A DNA stretch of 32,000 bases from Longivirga aurantiaca (GTDB lineage Bacteria > Actinomycetota > Actinomycetes > S36-B12 > CAIYMF01). The notes under the pieces were generated by a model. The model had not been told where the DNA came from. It saw only the letters and a program-made list of their open reading frames with translations, and searched no databases. This document shows positions 1 to 7,570 of the stretch, one piece after another (the stretch's first letter is position 1; each line of letters starts with the position of its first letter). The translations under genes and the position numbers were made by a program. The stretch is taken from contig NZ_JBHSTI010000008.1 in the NCBI RefSeq assembly GCF_042660085.1, positions 1,569,876-1,601,875 of the forward strand, written 5' to 3'.

Positions 1-801
1 GAGCGGCCGGGCTGGGAGTGCTTCGGCGGTCCGGGCCTGCCGTCGAAGAGCCGGAACGTGATGGACGGCCTCGACGCGGCACCCTGGCTCGCGGGCTGGG
101 CACCCGGCGGTCGGGAGAACCTGTTCGCGGACGAGGTCGGCGTACCCCTGTCGGCCGGGAGCCAGGTCGTCATCCAGATGCACTACAACCTGCGCGTGGC
201 CACCGGCGATGCCGCGGCCGACAACACGCAGGTGCGGCTGCGGACGTCGTCCCGCACCGACCTCGAGCCGCTGCGCACGACGCTCCTGCCGGCGCCGGTC
301 GAGCTCCCGTGCGCCGAGGGCCAGTCCGGCCCGCTGTGCTCGCGCGGCAGCTCCGTCGCGGACGTCGTACGCCGGTTCGGCCAGGGATCGATGCGCACGA
401 TCGGCGGCCTGCAGCTGCTGTGCGACGGCGACCCGTTCGCACCGAAGGCCGGGGCCACCCAGAGCTGCGTGCGGAAGGTCAGGGCACCCGAGACGGTGCG
501 CGCGGCAGCGGGCCACATGCACCTGCTCGGCAAGAGCATCACGATCGTCGCCAACGAGGGCACCAGCCGCGAGCGCACGCTGCTCGACATCCCGGTGTGG
601 GACTTCGACGACCAGTCCGCGCGCCCGCTCGACACCCCGGTGGCGCTGAAGCCGGGCGACACGATCACGGTGACGTGCACGCACGACGCCGCGCTGCGCG
701 ACCAGCTGCCCTCCCTGCAGGACGTGCCGGACCGCTACGTGGTCTGGGGCGAGGGCACCACCGACGAGATGTGCCTCGGCATCCTGCTGGTCACGGACTG
801 A
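1..801 (+). CDS. Copper type II ascorbate-dependent monooxygenase-like protein (PHM/DBH family), C-terminal part; 5' end lies outside the window
   Basis: The frame is open from nt 1, with no stop before the listed Met at 58. GC3 bias is strong. Motifs VVIQMHYN, GHMHLLGKS (HxH) and TTDEMCLG (Met ligand) sit where the CuH/CuM ligands occur in peptidylglycine-monooxygenase-type enzymes. Confidence 0.6.
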   Translation, partial: ERPGWECFGGPGLPSKSRNVMDGLDAAPWLAGWAPGGRENLFADEVGVPLSAGSQVVIQMHYNLRVATGDAAADNTQVRLRTSSRTDLEPLRTTLLPAPVELPCAEGQSGPLCSRGSSVADVVRRFGQGSMRTIGGLQLLCDGDPFAPKAGATQSCVRKVRAPETVRAAAGHMHLLGKSITIVANEGTSRERTLLDIPVWDFDDQSARPLDTPVALKPGDTITVTCTHDAALRDQLPSLQDVPDRYVVWGEGTTDEMCLGILLVTD

Positions 802-826
802 GCACGGGGGAGTCGGCAGTCCGCCA

Positions 827-849
827 GAACGCTAGAGGGTCTAGCGTTC
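827..849. promoter_or_regulatory. Perfect 10-bp inverted repeat GAACGCTAGA-GGG-TCTAGCGTTC; candidate operator for the MFS gene, or a terminator hairpin for the upstream gene
   Basis: Read directly. The arms are exact reverse complements with a 3-nt spacer. The repeat lies 26 nt after the upstream stop (801) and 4 nt before the GTG start at 854. It is lower in GC than its surroundings and has no T-tract. Confidence 0.5.
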
Positions 850-853
850 AGGT

Positions 854-2521
854 GTGACCGACCAGGGGACGACGACGAGCGCGCCGACCACCGACGCACC
901 TCGCACGAGCTGGGTGCCGATGCTGTTCATCGGCCTCGGCACGGCGATGTTCATCATGGACGCGACGATCGTCAACGTCTCGCTCCCGTCCATCATCCGC
1001 GACCTCGGGATCTCCTCGGTCGACGCCGAGTGGGTCAACGCGGTCTACGCGCTCGTCTTCGCGGCGCTCCTGATCATCGCCGGCCGGGTGGGGGACCGGG
1101 TCGGCCGTCGCCTGGTCTTCATCATCGGCGCCATCGTGTTCGGCGTCGCCAGCGTCATCGCCGCCCGCACCGGCGACGGCACGGCCCTCATCGCCGCCCG
1201 CGCGCTCCAGGGTGTCGGCGGCGCGATGATGTCGCCCGCCTCGCTGTCGCTGGTGAACTCGATCTACGTCGGCCGCGCGCGGCTGGTCGCGTTCGCGATC
1301 TACGGCTCGATCATCGGAGGCATGGCGGCGATCGGGCCGCTGCTCGGCGGCTGGCTCACCGAGAACCACTCCTGGCGCTGGGCGTTCTACATCAACGTCC
1401 CGATCGTCATCCTCATCGTCGTCGGGTCGCTGCTGAAGGTGCCGGAGAGCAAGGACGAGCACATCGAGAAGGGCTTCGACCTCCTCGGCGCGGCCCTGTC
1501 CGCCGTCGGCATCGGCGCCCTCGTCTTCGGCCTCATCGAGGGCCGCAACTACGGCTGGATCCGCACGACGCGCGAGATGACGTTCGCGAACATCACCATC
1601 CCCGAGGGCTCCATCTCGCCCGTGCTGTGGGCCTTCCTGGTCTCGCTCGTGGGCATCCTCCTGCTGCTCCTCGTCGAGAGCCGGCGCTCCCGCGCGGGAA
1701 AGGTCGTGCTCCTCGACCTCCGGCTCTTCCGCATCACGACCTTCAGCCTGGGCAGCTTCGCCGGCCTCATCGTGAGCCTGGGGGAGTTCGGGATCCTGTT
1801 CTCGCTCCCGCTCTTCCTGCAGAGCGTCCTCGGCTACACGGCCTTCGGAGCGGGCGCGATGCTCGCGACACTGGCGATCGGCGCGTTCCTCGCGGGTCCG
1901 ACGTCCGCGCAGATGGCGCAACGGCGGTCGCCGCGCTTCGTCGCCCGCCTCGGCATGGGGCTCGAGGCGATCGCCATCCTCGGGCTCGGGCTCACGCTGT
2001 CGACCACGGTCAGCAGCTGGGTGATCGCGTTCTGGCTCGTCGTGTACGGCGTCGGCGTGGGCTACGCGAGCGCACAGCTCACGAGCCTGATCCTCGCCGA
2101 CGTACCGCGGCGCCAGAGCGGCCAAGCCTCCGGCACGCAGAGCACCGCCCGGCAGATCGGCTCCGCCCTGGGCACGGCCGTGCTCGGCACCGTCCTGTTC
2201 GTGACGCTGTCCGCACAGACCGAGACCAACCTCGCGGCAGTGCCCGGTCTCGACGACACCCAGCGCCAGCAGATCGCCGACGTGGTCGAGCAGTCCGCGG
2301 GCACCGCGATCCCCGGTCTCGCCGAGCAGCCCGGGGGAGAGGCTGTCGCATCGGCGGCTGGCGAGGCGTTCGCGACGGCCATCAGCCTCACCGCCTACAC
2401 CGCGGCCGGCTTCGTCTTCCTCGGCCTGCTGGCCACCCTCGGCCTGCCCGCGAGCGGCGCGCGTCGCGAGGACGACGAACCCGACCCGCACGAGCCGGCG
2501 TCCGACACCGTGGCCGCCTGA
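854..2521 (+). CDS. MFS transporter, DHA2 (EmrB/QacA-like, 14-TMS) drug/H+ antiporter family
   Basis: 555 aa. The N-terminus LFIGLGTAMFIMDATIVNVSLPSIIRDLG and the motif GRVGDRVGRRLVF are typical of DHA2 MFS proteins. There are many hydrophobic segments and high GC3. Confidence 0.85.
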   Translation: MTDQGTTTSAPTTDAPRTSWVPMLFIGLGTAMFIMDATIVNVSLPSIIRDLGISSVDAEWVNAVYALVFAALLIIAGRVGDRVGRRLVFIIGAIVFGVASVIAARTGDGTALIAARALQGVGGAMMSPASLSLVNSIYVGRARLVAFAIYGSIIGGMAAIGPLLGGWLTENHSWRWAFYINVPIVILIVVGSLLKVPESKDEHIEKGFDLLGAALSAVGIGALVFGLIEGRNYGWIRTTREMTFANITIPEGSISPVLWAFLVSLVGILLLLLVESRRSRAGKVVLLDLRLFRITTFSLGSFAGLIVSLGEFGILFSLPLFLQSVLGYTAFGAGAMLATLAIGAFLAGPTSAQMAQRRSPRFVARLGMGLEAIAILGLGLTLSTTVSSWVIAFWLVVYGVGVGYASAQLTSLILADVPRRQSGQASGTQSTARQIGSALGTAVLGTVLFVTLSAQTETNLAAVPGLDDTQRQQIADVVEQSAGTAIPGLAEQPGGEAVASAAGEAFATAISLTAYTAAGFVFLGLLATLGLPASGARREDDEPDPHEPASDTVAA

Positions 2522-2536
2522 GCGAGCGCGCGCTGG

Positions 2537-2781
2537 GTGCCTCCACGCTCGGCGTCCGGGCTGGCGGCCCTGGCGCTGCGGACCCTCGTGCTGTGGGGCC
2601 CGTGGGTGCTCGCAGGGTTCGTCGCCAGCAGCTCGACCTCGAGCACCGCGCTGGTCGTGGCCGCCGTCGTGCTGTCGCCGCTGTGGATCGCGGTCGTCGT
2701 CGTGCTGACGCTGCGCGACACCGGACGTCGTGCGCCGCACGAACGCGCGTCCGGCACCCGGACCGTATGCGCGAGCCCTAG
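2537..2781 (+). pseudogene. RDD-family-like membrane protein fragment (C-terminal two TM segments only) with no in-frame stop
   Basis: High GC3 from 2537 to about 2770. The translation ends ...LRDTGRRAPHERASGTRTV, which resembles the C-terminal HDRLAGTxVV signature of RDD domains. The N-terminal part of the domain is absent. The frame then runs without a stop through the AT-rich island to 3268. A TAG (2779-2781) is available only after a 1-nt shift. Confidence 0.3.
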
Positions 2782-2833
2782 GAGAGGGGACGGTCCTTCT
2801 TCCGTGGGCCACCCGTCACGGGGCTCCGTTCGG

Positions 2834-2866
2834 ATTACATTACATAATGCTCATTATCGGATAATG
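2834..2866 (+). promoter_or_regulatory. AT-rich island with tandem ATTACATTACAT, the palindrome TTATC-G-GATAA, and a CATTAT -10-like hexamer 6 nt upstream of an ATG
   Basis: Sequence attacattacataatgctcattatcggataatg, in an otherwise very GC-rich context. CATTAT (2852-2857) is placed as expected for a leaderless or short-leader transcript starting at ATG 2864. Confidence 0.4.
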
Positions 2867-3257
2867 CCCAGGAGCACGGAGGGGCGCCGCGGTCGTCCAC
2901 TGCCTCGACGAGCACCGGGTCGCGGCGTTCTACGCCTCCCTGGGCGGGCTGCTGGAGGTCGAGTCGTCGGACGGCGACGTCGTGACCCTGGAGTCCGAGC
3001 ACCTGCAGGTGTCGTCCGTGCGCGTGCCGACGCATGCCGCCGCGGCGATCCCGCTGGCCGATCCGGTGGATCGACGCGCGGACACCCCGCTGAGGCTCGT
3101 GCTGCCGGGGCCGCACCTCGCGGCCGCCCGGGCCGCAGCCTCCGGCCTCGGAGGCTCCGCCGACCCCGTCGAGCGCCAGTGGCGCCGGCGCGGCGGACGG
3201 CGCGTGGACGCCGTCGACCCCGAACGGATCGTCGTCAGCCGGCGCGAGCCGCTCTGA
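2864..3257 (+). pseudogene. VOC/glyoxalase-like small protein, apparently frameshifted near the G-run at 2881-2884
   Basis: The high-GC3 frame (open from 2865; ...AAVVHCLDEHRVAAFYASLGGLLEVE...VDAVDPERIVVSRREPL) has no start codon until GTG 2982. ATG 2864 is in the neighbouring frame. Removing one G from GGGG (2881-2884) gives an intact ORF of about 130 aa, MPRSTEGAAVVHCLDEHRVAAFY... Confidence 0.4.
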
Positions 3258-3302
3258 GGGCGTCCTGACGAATCGAACGTAATCGAACACGGGGCAGGGG
3301 AG

Positions 3303-3725
3303 TCAGCCCGCGTGCACCTGGTGGCCGGCGCCGCGCAGGGCCTCCACCGCCTTCTCCAGCGCCGCGGCGTGCACCAGCACGTAGTCGGTGTCGTACGTCG
3401 ACACCACGAACACGCTGACGTCGACGTCGGCCAGCGGCTGCGTGAGCCCCGCCATCACCCCGACCATCGAGAAATCGAGCGGTCCCGCCACCTCGAGCGC
3501 CCGCCAGTCGGGCTCGACCCGCACGTGCTCCCCTGTCGGCGCCTCGTCCTCGGGGCACACGATCGACAGCTCGGAGTCGGTGCGGGTGACCGACCAGAAG
3601 CGCGCGCCGGGCTCCGGGACGGGCCACGGCGAGCCGGAGGGCAGCTTGCAGACGGACAGGCGGTCGTCGAGCACTCGGAGGTCCACGACCCCATCCTGCC
3701 GCGCGCTCCCCCTGCGCTGGCTCAA
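3303..3725 (-). CDS. ACT domain-containing protein (ACT_7 / CASTOR-type)
   Basis: 140-aa ORF containing ...LRVLDDRLSVCKLP...FWSVTRTDSELSIVCPE...GPLDFSMVGVMAGLTQPLADVDVSVFVVSTYDTDYVLV, the pattern typical of small stand-alone ACT_7 proteins. An alternative GTG start at 3686 is plausible. Confidence 0.7.
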   Translation of the reverse strand: MSQRRGSARQDGVVDLRVLDDRLSVCKLPSGSPWPVPEPGARFWSVTRTDSELSIVCPEDEAPTGEHVRVEPDWRALEVAGPLDFSMVGVMAGLTQPLADVDVSVFVVSTYDTDYVLVHAAALEKAVEALRGAGHQVHAG

Positions 3726-3799
3726 CTCCCGGACACGGCTTCGGCGAGTCCGGGACGCGCGGCCCTCCGGTCCACCATCATCTGCCCCGGAGGTCGCCC

Positions 3800-5164
3800 A
3801 TGTCCGCAGTCAGCACGGCGTCGCAGATCGACCCGGTCGAGCGTCGTCGGGAGCAACGGGGTTGGTACTGGTACGACTTCGCCAACTCGGCGTTCGTCAC
3901 CACCACGGCCACCGTCCTCGCGGGCCCGTACATCACCTCGGTCGCCAAGACCGCGGCGTGCGGCACGTCCGAGGGCGACTGCGACGTGCCGCTCACCGTC
4001 CTCGGGCTGTCGGTGAGCCCGGGCGCCCTCTACTTCTACGCCATCACGATCACGACGATCCTGTCGGCGTTCATCCTCCCGGTGGTGGGCGCGTTCGCCG
4101 ACCGCAGCGGCACCAAGAAGCGGCTGCTCGCCGGATTCGCCTGGGCCGGCTCGTTCTTCGCCGCCCTGCTGTTCTTCGTCAGCGGCGGCAACTGGCTGCT
4201 CGGCGTGCTGGCGATGATGGGCGCCTCGTTGTGCCTCGGTGCCAGCCTCGTGGTCTACGACGCGATCCTCATCGAGATCGCTACGCCCGACGAGCGCGAC
4301 GGCGTCTCCAGCCGGGGCTGGGCGCTCGGGTACGTCGGCGGCGCCCTGCTGCTCGTGATCAACCTCGCGCTGCTCACCGTGATGAAGGACGACCAGGGGC
4401 TCGCCGCCCGCATCTGCATGCTCACCGCAGCCGCCTGGTGGGCGGGCTTCACGTTCGTGCCCTTCGTCCGCCTGCGCAACCGGCCTCCGGTGAACGTCGA
4501 GAAGCTCGACGGCGGTGCGCTCGGCCGCAGCTTCGGCCAGCTCTGGCACACGCTGCAGCACGCCCGCGCGTACCCGATGACGCTGCTGTTCCTCGTGGCC
4601 TACCTGTTCTTCAACGACGGCGTGCAGACGGTCATCTACGCCTCGTCCGTGTACGGCAGCGAGGAGCTCGGCTTCGAGACCGACGTCCTGTTCATCGCGA
4701 TCCTGACCGTGCAGATCGTCGCGATCTTCGGCGCGCTGCTCCTCGGCCGTCTGGCCGGGAGGTTCGGCGCCAAGCGCGTCGTGCTCGGCAGCCTCGTGGC
4801 GTGGATGTTCGTCATCGCCGGCGGCTACCTCGTCCCGGAGAACGCGATGGTGCCGTTCATCCTGCTGGCGGCGTCGATCGGCCTCGTGCTGGGAGGCACC
4901 CAGGCGCTGTCGCGCTCGCTGTTCTCCCAGCTGATCCCACGCGGCCGGGAGGCGGAGTACTTCTCGCTCTACCAGGCGATGGAGCGCGGCACGTCGTGGC
5001 TCGGCACCCTCGCCTTCGGGCTCGCGTTCACGATCTTCGGGTCGTACCGCATCGCGATCGTGCTGCTGGTGGTGTTCTTCGTGGTCGGCGGGATCCTGCT
5101 GAGCCGCGTGGACGTCAAGCGCGGTATCCGCGAAGCGGGCAACGAGATGCCCGCGGTCGTCTGA
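3800..5164 (+). CDS. MFS transporter, UMF1 / ATG22-like family
   Basis: 454 aa. The N-terminus EQRGWYWYDFANSAFVTTTATVLAGPYI is characteristic of UMF1-family MFS proteins. About 12 TM segments. GGAGG sits 6 nt upstream of the ATG. Confidence 0.85.
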   Translation: MSAVSTASQIDPVERRREQRGWYWYDFANSAFVTTTATVLAGPYITSVAKTAACGTSEGDCDVPLTVLGLSVSPGALYFYAITITTILSAFILPVVGAFADRSGTKKRLLAGFAWAGSFFAALLFFVSGGNWLLGVLAMMGASLCLGASLVVYDAILIEIATPDERDGVSSRGWALGYVGGALLLVINLALLTVMKDDQGLAARICMLTAAAWWAGFTFVPFVRLRNRPPVNVEKLDGGALGRSFGQLWHTLQHARAYPMTLLFLVAYLFFNDGVQTVIYASSVYGSEELGFETDVLFIAILTVQIVAIFGALLLGRLAGRFGAKRVVLGSLVAWMFVIAGGYLVPENAMVPFILLAASIGLVLGGTQALSRSLFSQLIPRGREAEYFSLYQAMERGTSWLGTLAFGLAFTIFGSYRIAIVLLVVFFVVGGILLSRVDVKRGIREAGNEMPAVV

Positions 5165-5175
5165 CCGACCTGGCA

Positions 5176-5562
5176 CTACTCCCCCGCGCGCCGCAGCGCG
5201 TACGCCGTCAGGCCCTCGGCCACGAGTCCTGACGCGCCGAACGCCGCGAGCCACAGGGCCTTGCGACGGCTGCCCCCGGCCATGCCGTCCGGCGTGGGCC
5301 GGGCGGCCTCGGCGAGGAACGCGAGCGCGTCGCCGCCGTCCGACACCGCCATCGCGGCCACCCAGCCCGACGTCGGTGCGCCGGACCGGTGGGCGGCCAG
5401 GGTGCCCAGGCCGAGCGCGAGCTCGCGCGCGCCCACCAGGCGGGTCTCCCCCGGCCTGGTCGCGCACAGAGCGGCGAGGCCGAGGCGTACGACGCCCAGC
5501 ACCGGGACCGACCGCCGCAGGCCCGTCTCCCACGACTGCGCCGCGGGGGTGATGTCGGTCAT
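5176..5562 (-). CDS. Hypothetical small membrane protein (128 aa)
   Basis: The internal ATG at 5562 is preceded by GGTGGGGTGAAGG. The coding-like part starts at MTDITPAAQSWETGLRR. There are hydrophobic stretches. The longer 187-aa ORF upstream is Arg/Pro/Gly-rich and looks non-coding. Confidence 0.5.
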   Translation of the reverse strand: MTDITPAAQSWETGLRRSVPVLGVVRLGLAALCATRPGETRLVGARELALGLGTLAAHRSGAPTSGWVAAMAVSDGGDALAFLAEAARPTPDGMAGGSRRKALWLAAFGASGLVAEGLTAYALRRAGE

Positions 5563-5731
5563 GCCTTCACCCCACCACGCCCCGGGCGCCGCCGCACCAC
5601 GGGCCCGGCGACCCGGCGGGGCAGGGCGCTGACCTGCACCTTCGCTCGATGGGCCCTCCCCCGGCCACCGAGCTCCACCGGGCCTCCGTGAGCGGTCGAT
5701 AACCGGACGGATGGTTGGAGAACGGATCCTG

Positions 5732-5759
5732 GGGAACACCAGGCGCGTCCATGCACGTT
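5732..5759 (+). promoter_or_regulatory. Candidate ECF sigma (SigH/SigE/SigR-type) promoter GGGAACA-N17-CGTT upstream of rbpA
   Basis: gGGAACAccaggcgcgtccatgcaCGTTgag was read directly, 58 nt upstream of the rbpA ATG. The GGAAC...GTT architecture is the known consensus for this ECF group, and rbpA is SigR-controlled in Streptomyces coelicolor. Confidence 0.35.
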
Positions 5760-5816
5760 GAGAGCAACAAGACCGGTCCCCCCGACCGGCGCCCGAACAC
5801 GACGACAGGATCCGAC

Positions 5817-6170
5817 ATGAGCGACGGCGCCCTCCGCGGCACGCGCCTCGGTGCGACGAGCTACGAGAACGACGACCACGTCGAGCTCGCTCCGCGCCAG
5901 GTCGTGCACTACGACTGCCCCAACGGGCACACGACGTCCATGCCCTTCAGCACCGAGGCCGAGGTCCCGGCGCTCTGGGAGTGCCACACCTGCGGTGCCG
6001 AGGCCCTCAACCGTGACGGTGAGCGCCCCGAGGCCAAGTACGTGAAGCCGGCCCGCACCCACTGGGACATGCTGCTCGAGCGCCGCACGCTCGAGGACCT
6101 CGAGGTCCTGCTCCAGGAGCGCCTCGAGCTGCTCCGCGAGACGCGCACCCCGAGCCGCAAGTCCGCCTGA
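5817..6170 (+). CDS. rbpA: RNA polymerase-binding protein RbpA
   Basis: 117 aa starting MSDGALRGTRLGATSYENDDHVELAPRQVVHYDCPNGHTTSMPFSTEAEVPALWECHTCG...HWDMLLERRTLEDLEVLLQERLELLR. This shows the RbpA core Zn-ribbon-like region and the C-terminal sigma-interaction helix. The 151-aa ORF listed from 5715 has a non-coding-looking N-terminus. Confidence 0.9.
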   Translation: MSDGALRGTRLGATSYENDDHVELAPRQVVHYDCPNGHTTSMPFSTEAEVPALWECHTCGAEALNRDGERPEAKYVKPARTHWDMLLERRTLEDLEVLLQERLELLRETRTPSRKSA

Positions 6171-6194
6171 CCACGCGATCCTCTCCCCCTCCAC

Positions 6195-6227
6195 GACGAG
6201 CCCGGTGCCACTGGCACCGGGCTCGTC
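6195..6227. terminator. Perfect 33-nt palindrome; probable bidirectional intrinsic terminator between convergent rbpA and fxsA
   Basis: gacgagcccggtgccactggcaccgggctcgtc. Every position pairs with its mirror, giving a stem of about 14-15 bp and a loop of 3-5 nt. It lies 25 nt after the rbpA stop and 17 nt after the fxsA stop. Confidence 0.7.
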
Positions 6228-6243
6228 TGGTGGTCGGAGGGCG

Positions 6244-6771
6244 CTACCGCGCCGGCGGGTCGTCGTCGCGGACGATCTCGCCCGCCACGATCTCGCCACG
6301 GACCGGGCGCACCTCGTCCTCGCGCACGACCGTGCCGGTGACCGTGGTGGTGGTCTGCTGGAAGACGACGCCCGCCGCGGTGGCGCGACGCCGGACCGAC
6401 CTCGAGATGGTGCGCCGCACGAACGTGCGCAGCGGCGGGATCAGCAGCAGGAGCCCGAGCGCGCTCGTGATGAGGCCCGGCACCGCGATCATCGCGCCCG
6501 CGAGGAAGACCAGGCCCGCGTCGCCGACCTCACGCCCCACCTGCTCGGCGCTGGCCTGTCCGGGCATGACCGTGACGCCGTCGGCCTGCACCGGGCGCAG
6601 CGACCGCGCGGCGGCGAAGCCGGCGCGCCGCATGACGGCCGAGCCGAGGATCACGAGCACGGCGACGGCGAGCAGCACCCCCGCCCAGCCGATGATCCCG
6701 GCGAGCCAGGACGCGACGAACCACTCGGCGACGACGTAGACGACGAGTCCGGCGAGGAAGAGCAGGCCCAT
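6244..6771 (-). CDS. fxsA: FxsA family cytoplasmic membrane protein
   Basis: 175 aa. The N-terminus LFLAGLVVYVVAEWFVASWLAGIIGWAGVLLAVAVLVILGSAVMRRAG and the motif GLLLLIPPLRTFVRR are typical of FxsA. Confidence 0.8.
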   Translation of the reverse strand: MGLLFLAGLVVYVVAEWFVASWLAGIIGWAGVLLAVAVLVILGSAVMRRAGFAAARSLRPVQADGVTVMPGQASAEQVGREVGDAGLVFLAGAMIAVPGLITSALGLLLLIPPLRTFVRRTISRSVRRRATAAGVVFQQTTTTVTGTVVREDEVRPVRGEIVAGEIVRDDDPPAR

Positions 6772-6775
6772 ACCT

Positions 6776-7570
6776 CTACCAACCGCCGTGGTCGGGTGAC
6801 TTCTTCCCGGCGAGGAGTCGCTTGGCCTTCTGCGTCTTGTCCTGCACTCCCCAGACGGTGACCCGCCAGAGGGCCTCGGACACGATGCGCTGGTCCATCT
6901 TGGAGTCGCCGAGCTCGCGCTCGACGAACTCGATCGGCACCTCGGCCACGCGCAGCCCGGCCTGCACCGCGCGTCGGGCGAGGTCGACCTGGAAGCAGTA
7001 GCCCTTGCTCTCGACGCCGGACAGGTCGAGCGTGCGCAGGGTCGCGGCGCGGAACGCGCGGTAGCCGCCCGTGGCGTCCTTCAGCGGCACGCCCAGCATG
7101 ATGCGGGTGTAGACGTTGCCGCCGCGGCTGAGGACCTCGCGCGACTTCGGCCAGTTCACGACCGAGCCGCCCTTGACGTAGCGGGATCCGAGCACGAGGT
7201 CGGCGGTGCGCAGCTTCTCGAGCAGCCGGTGCAGCTGCTCCGGCTGGTGCGAGCCGTCCGCGTCCATCTCGATGACGACGTCGTACCCGTGCTCGAGCGC
7301 CCAGTCGAAGCCGGCGAGGTACGCCGCCCCGAGACCCTGCTTGCCGGCGCGGTGCATCACCTGGATGCGGTCGTCCTCGGCCGCGAGCCGGTCGGCGATG
7401 TCGCCGGTGCCGTCCGGGCTGTTGTCGTCGGCCACGAGCACGTGAACCTCGGGCAGCGCCGTGCGGACCCGGGCGACGATGCGCTCGAGGTTCTCCTTCT
7501 CGTTGTACGTCGGGATCACCACGACGATGCGACCGAGGTCGGCGAACTGCGGCGGGGTGGGCTCGCTCAC
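6776..7570 (-). CDS. ppm1: Polyprenol-monophosphomannose synthase (GT2; dolichol-phosphate mannosyltransferase-like)
   Basis: 264 aa with VVIPTYNEKENL...VADDNSPDGT...IEMDADGSH GT2 motifs. Its GTG start overlaps the lnt stop (GTGA at 7567-7570). In M. tuberculosis the Lnt and Ppm1 domains are fused in one protein. Confidence 0.85.
   Translation of the reverse strand: MSEPTPPQFADLGRIVVVIPTYNEKENLERIVARVRTALPEVHVLVADDNSPDGTGDIADRLAAEDDRIQVMHRAGKQGLGAAYLAGFDWALEHGYDVVIEMDADGSHQPEQLHRLLEKLRTADLVLGSRYVKGGSVVNWPKSREVLSRGGNVYTRIMLGVPLKDATGGYRAFRAATLRTLDLSGVESKGYCFQVDLARRAVQAGLRVAEVPIEFVERELGDSKMDQRIVSEALWRVTVWGVQDKTQKAKRLLAGKKSPDHGGW

Noticed and set aside
848-2812. 654-aa minus-strand ORF antisense to the DHA2 MFS gene. 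Similar long ORFs occur at 3722-5533 (-), 7846-9432 (+), 12447-14297 (+), 13643-15076 (+), 16394-17914 (-), 19564-21522 (-), 20253-21899 (+), 22215-23096 (-), 23693-25510 (+), 25666-28206 (+) and 28826-30388 (+).
   Set aside because: Their Arg/Ala/Gly/Pro/Asp-dominated, low-complexity translations are typical of shadow frames in very GC-rich DNA. Each lies opposite or out of frame to a gene with clear family motifs and proper GC3 bias.
6205-6216. GCCACTG, which resembles the conserved cobalamin-riboswitch core heptamer.
   Set aside because: It is simply the apex of the 33-nt terminator palindrome between rbpA and fxsA. None of the surrounding riboswitch helices are present.
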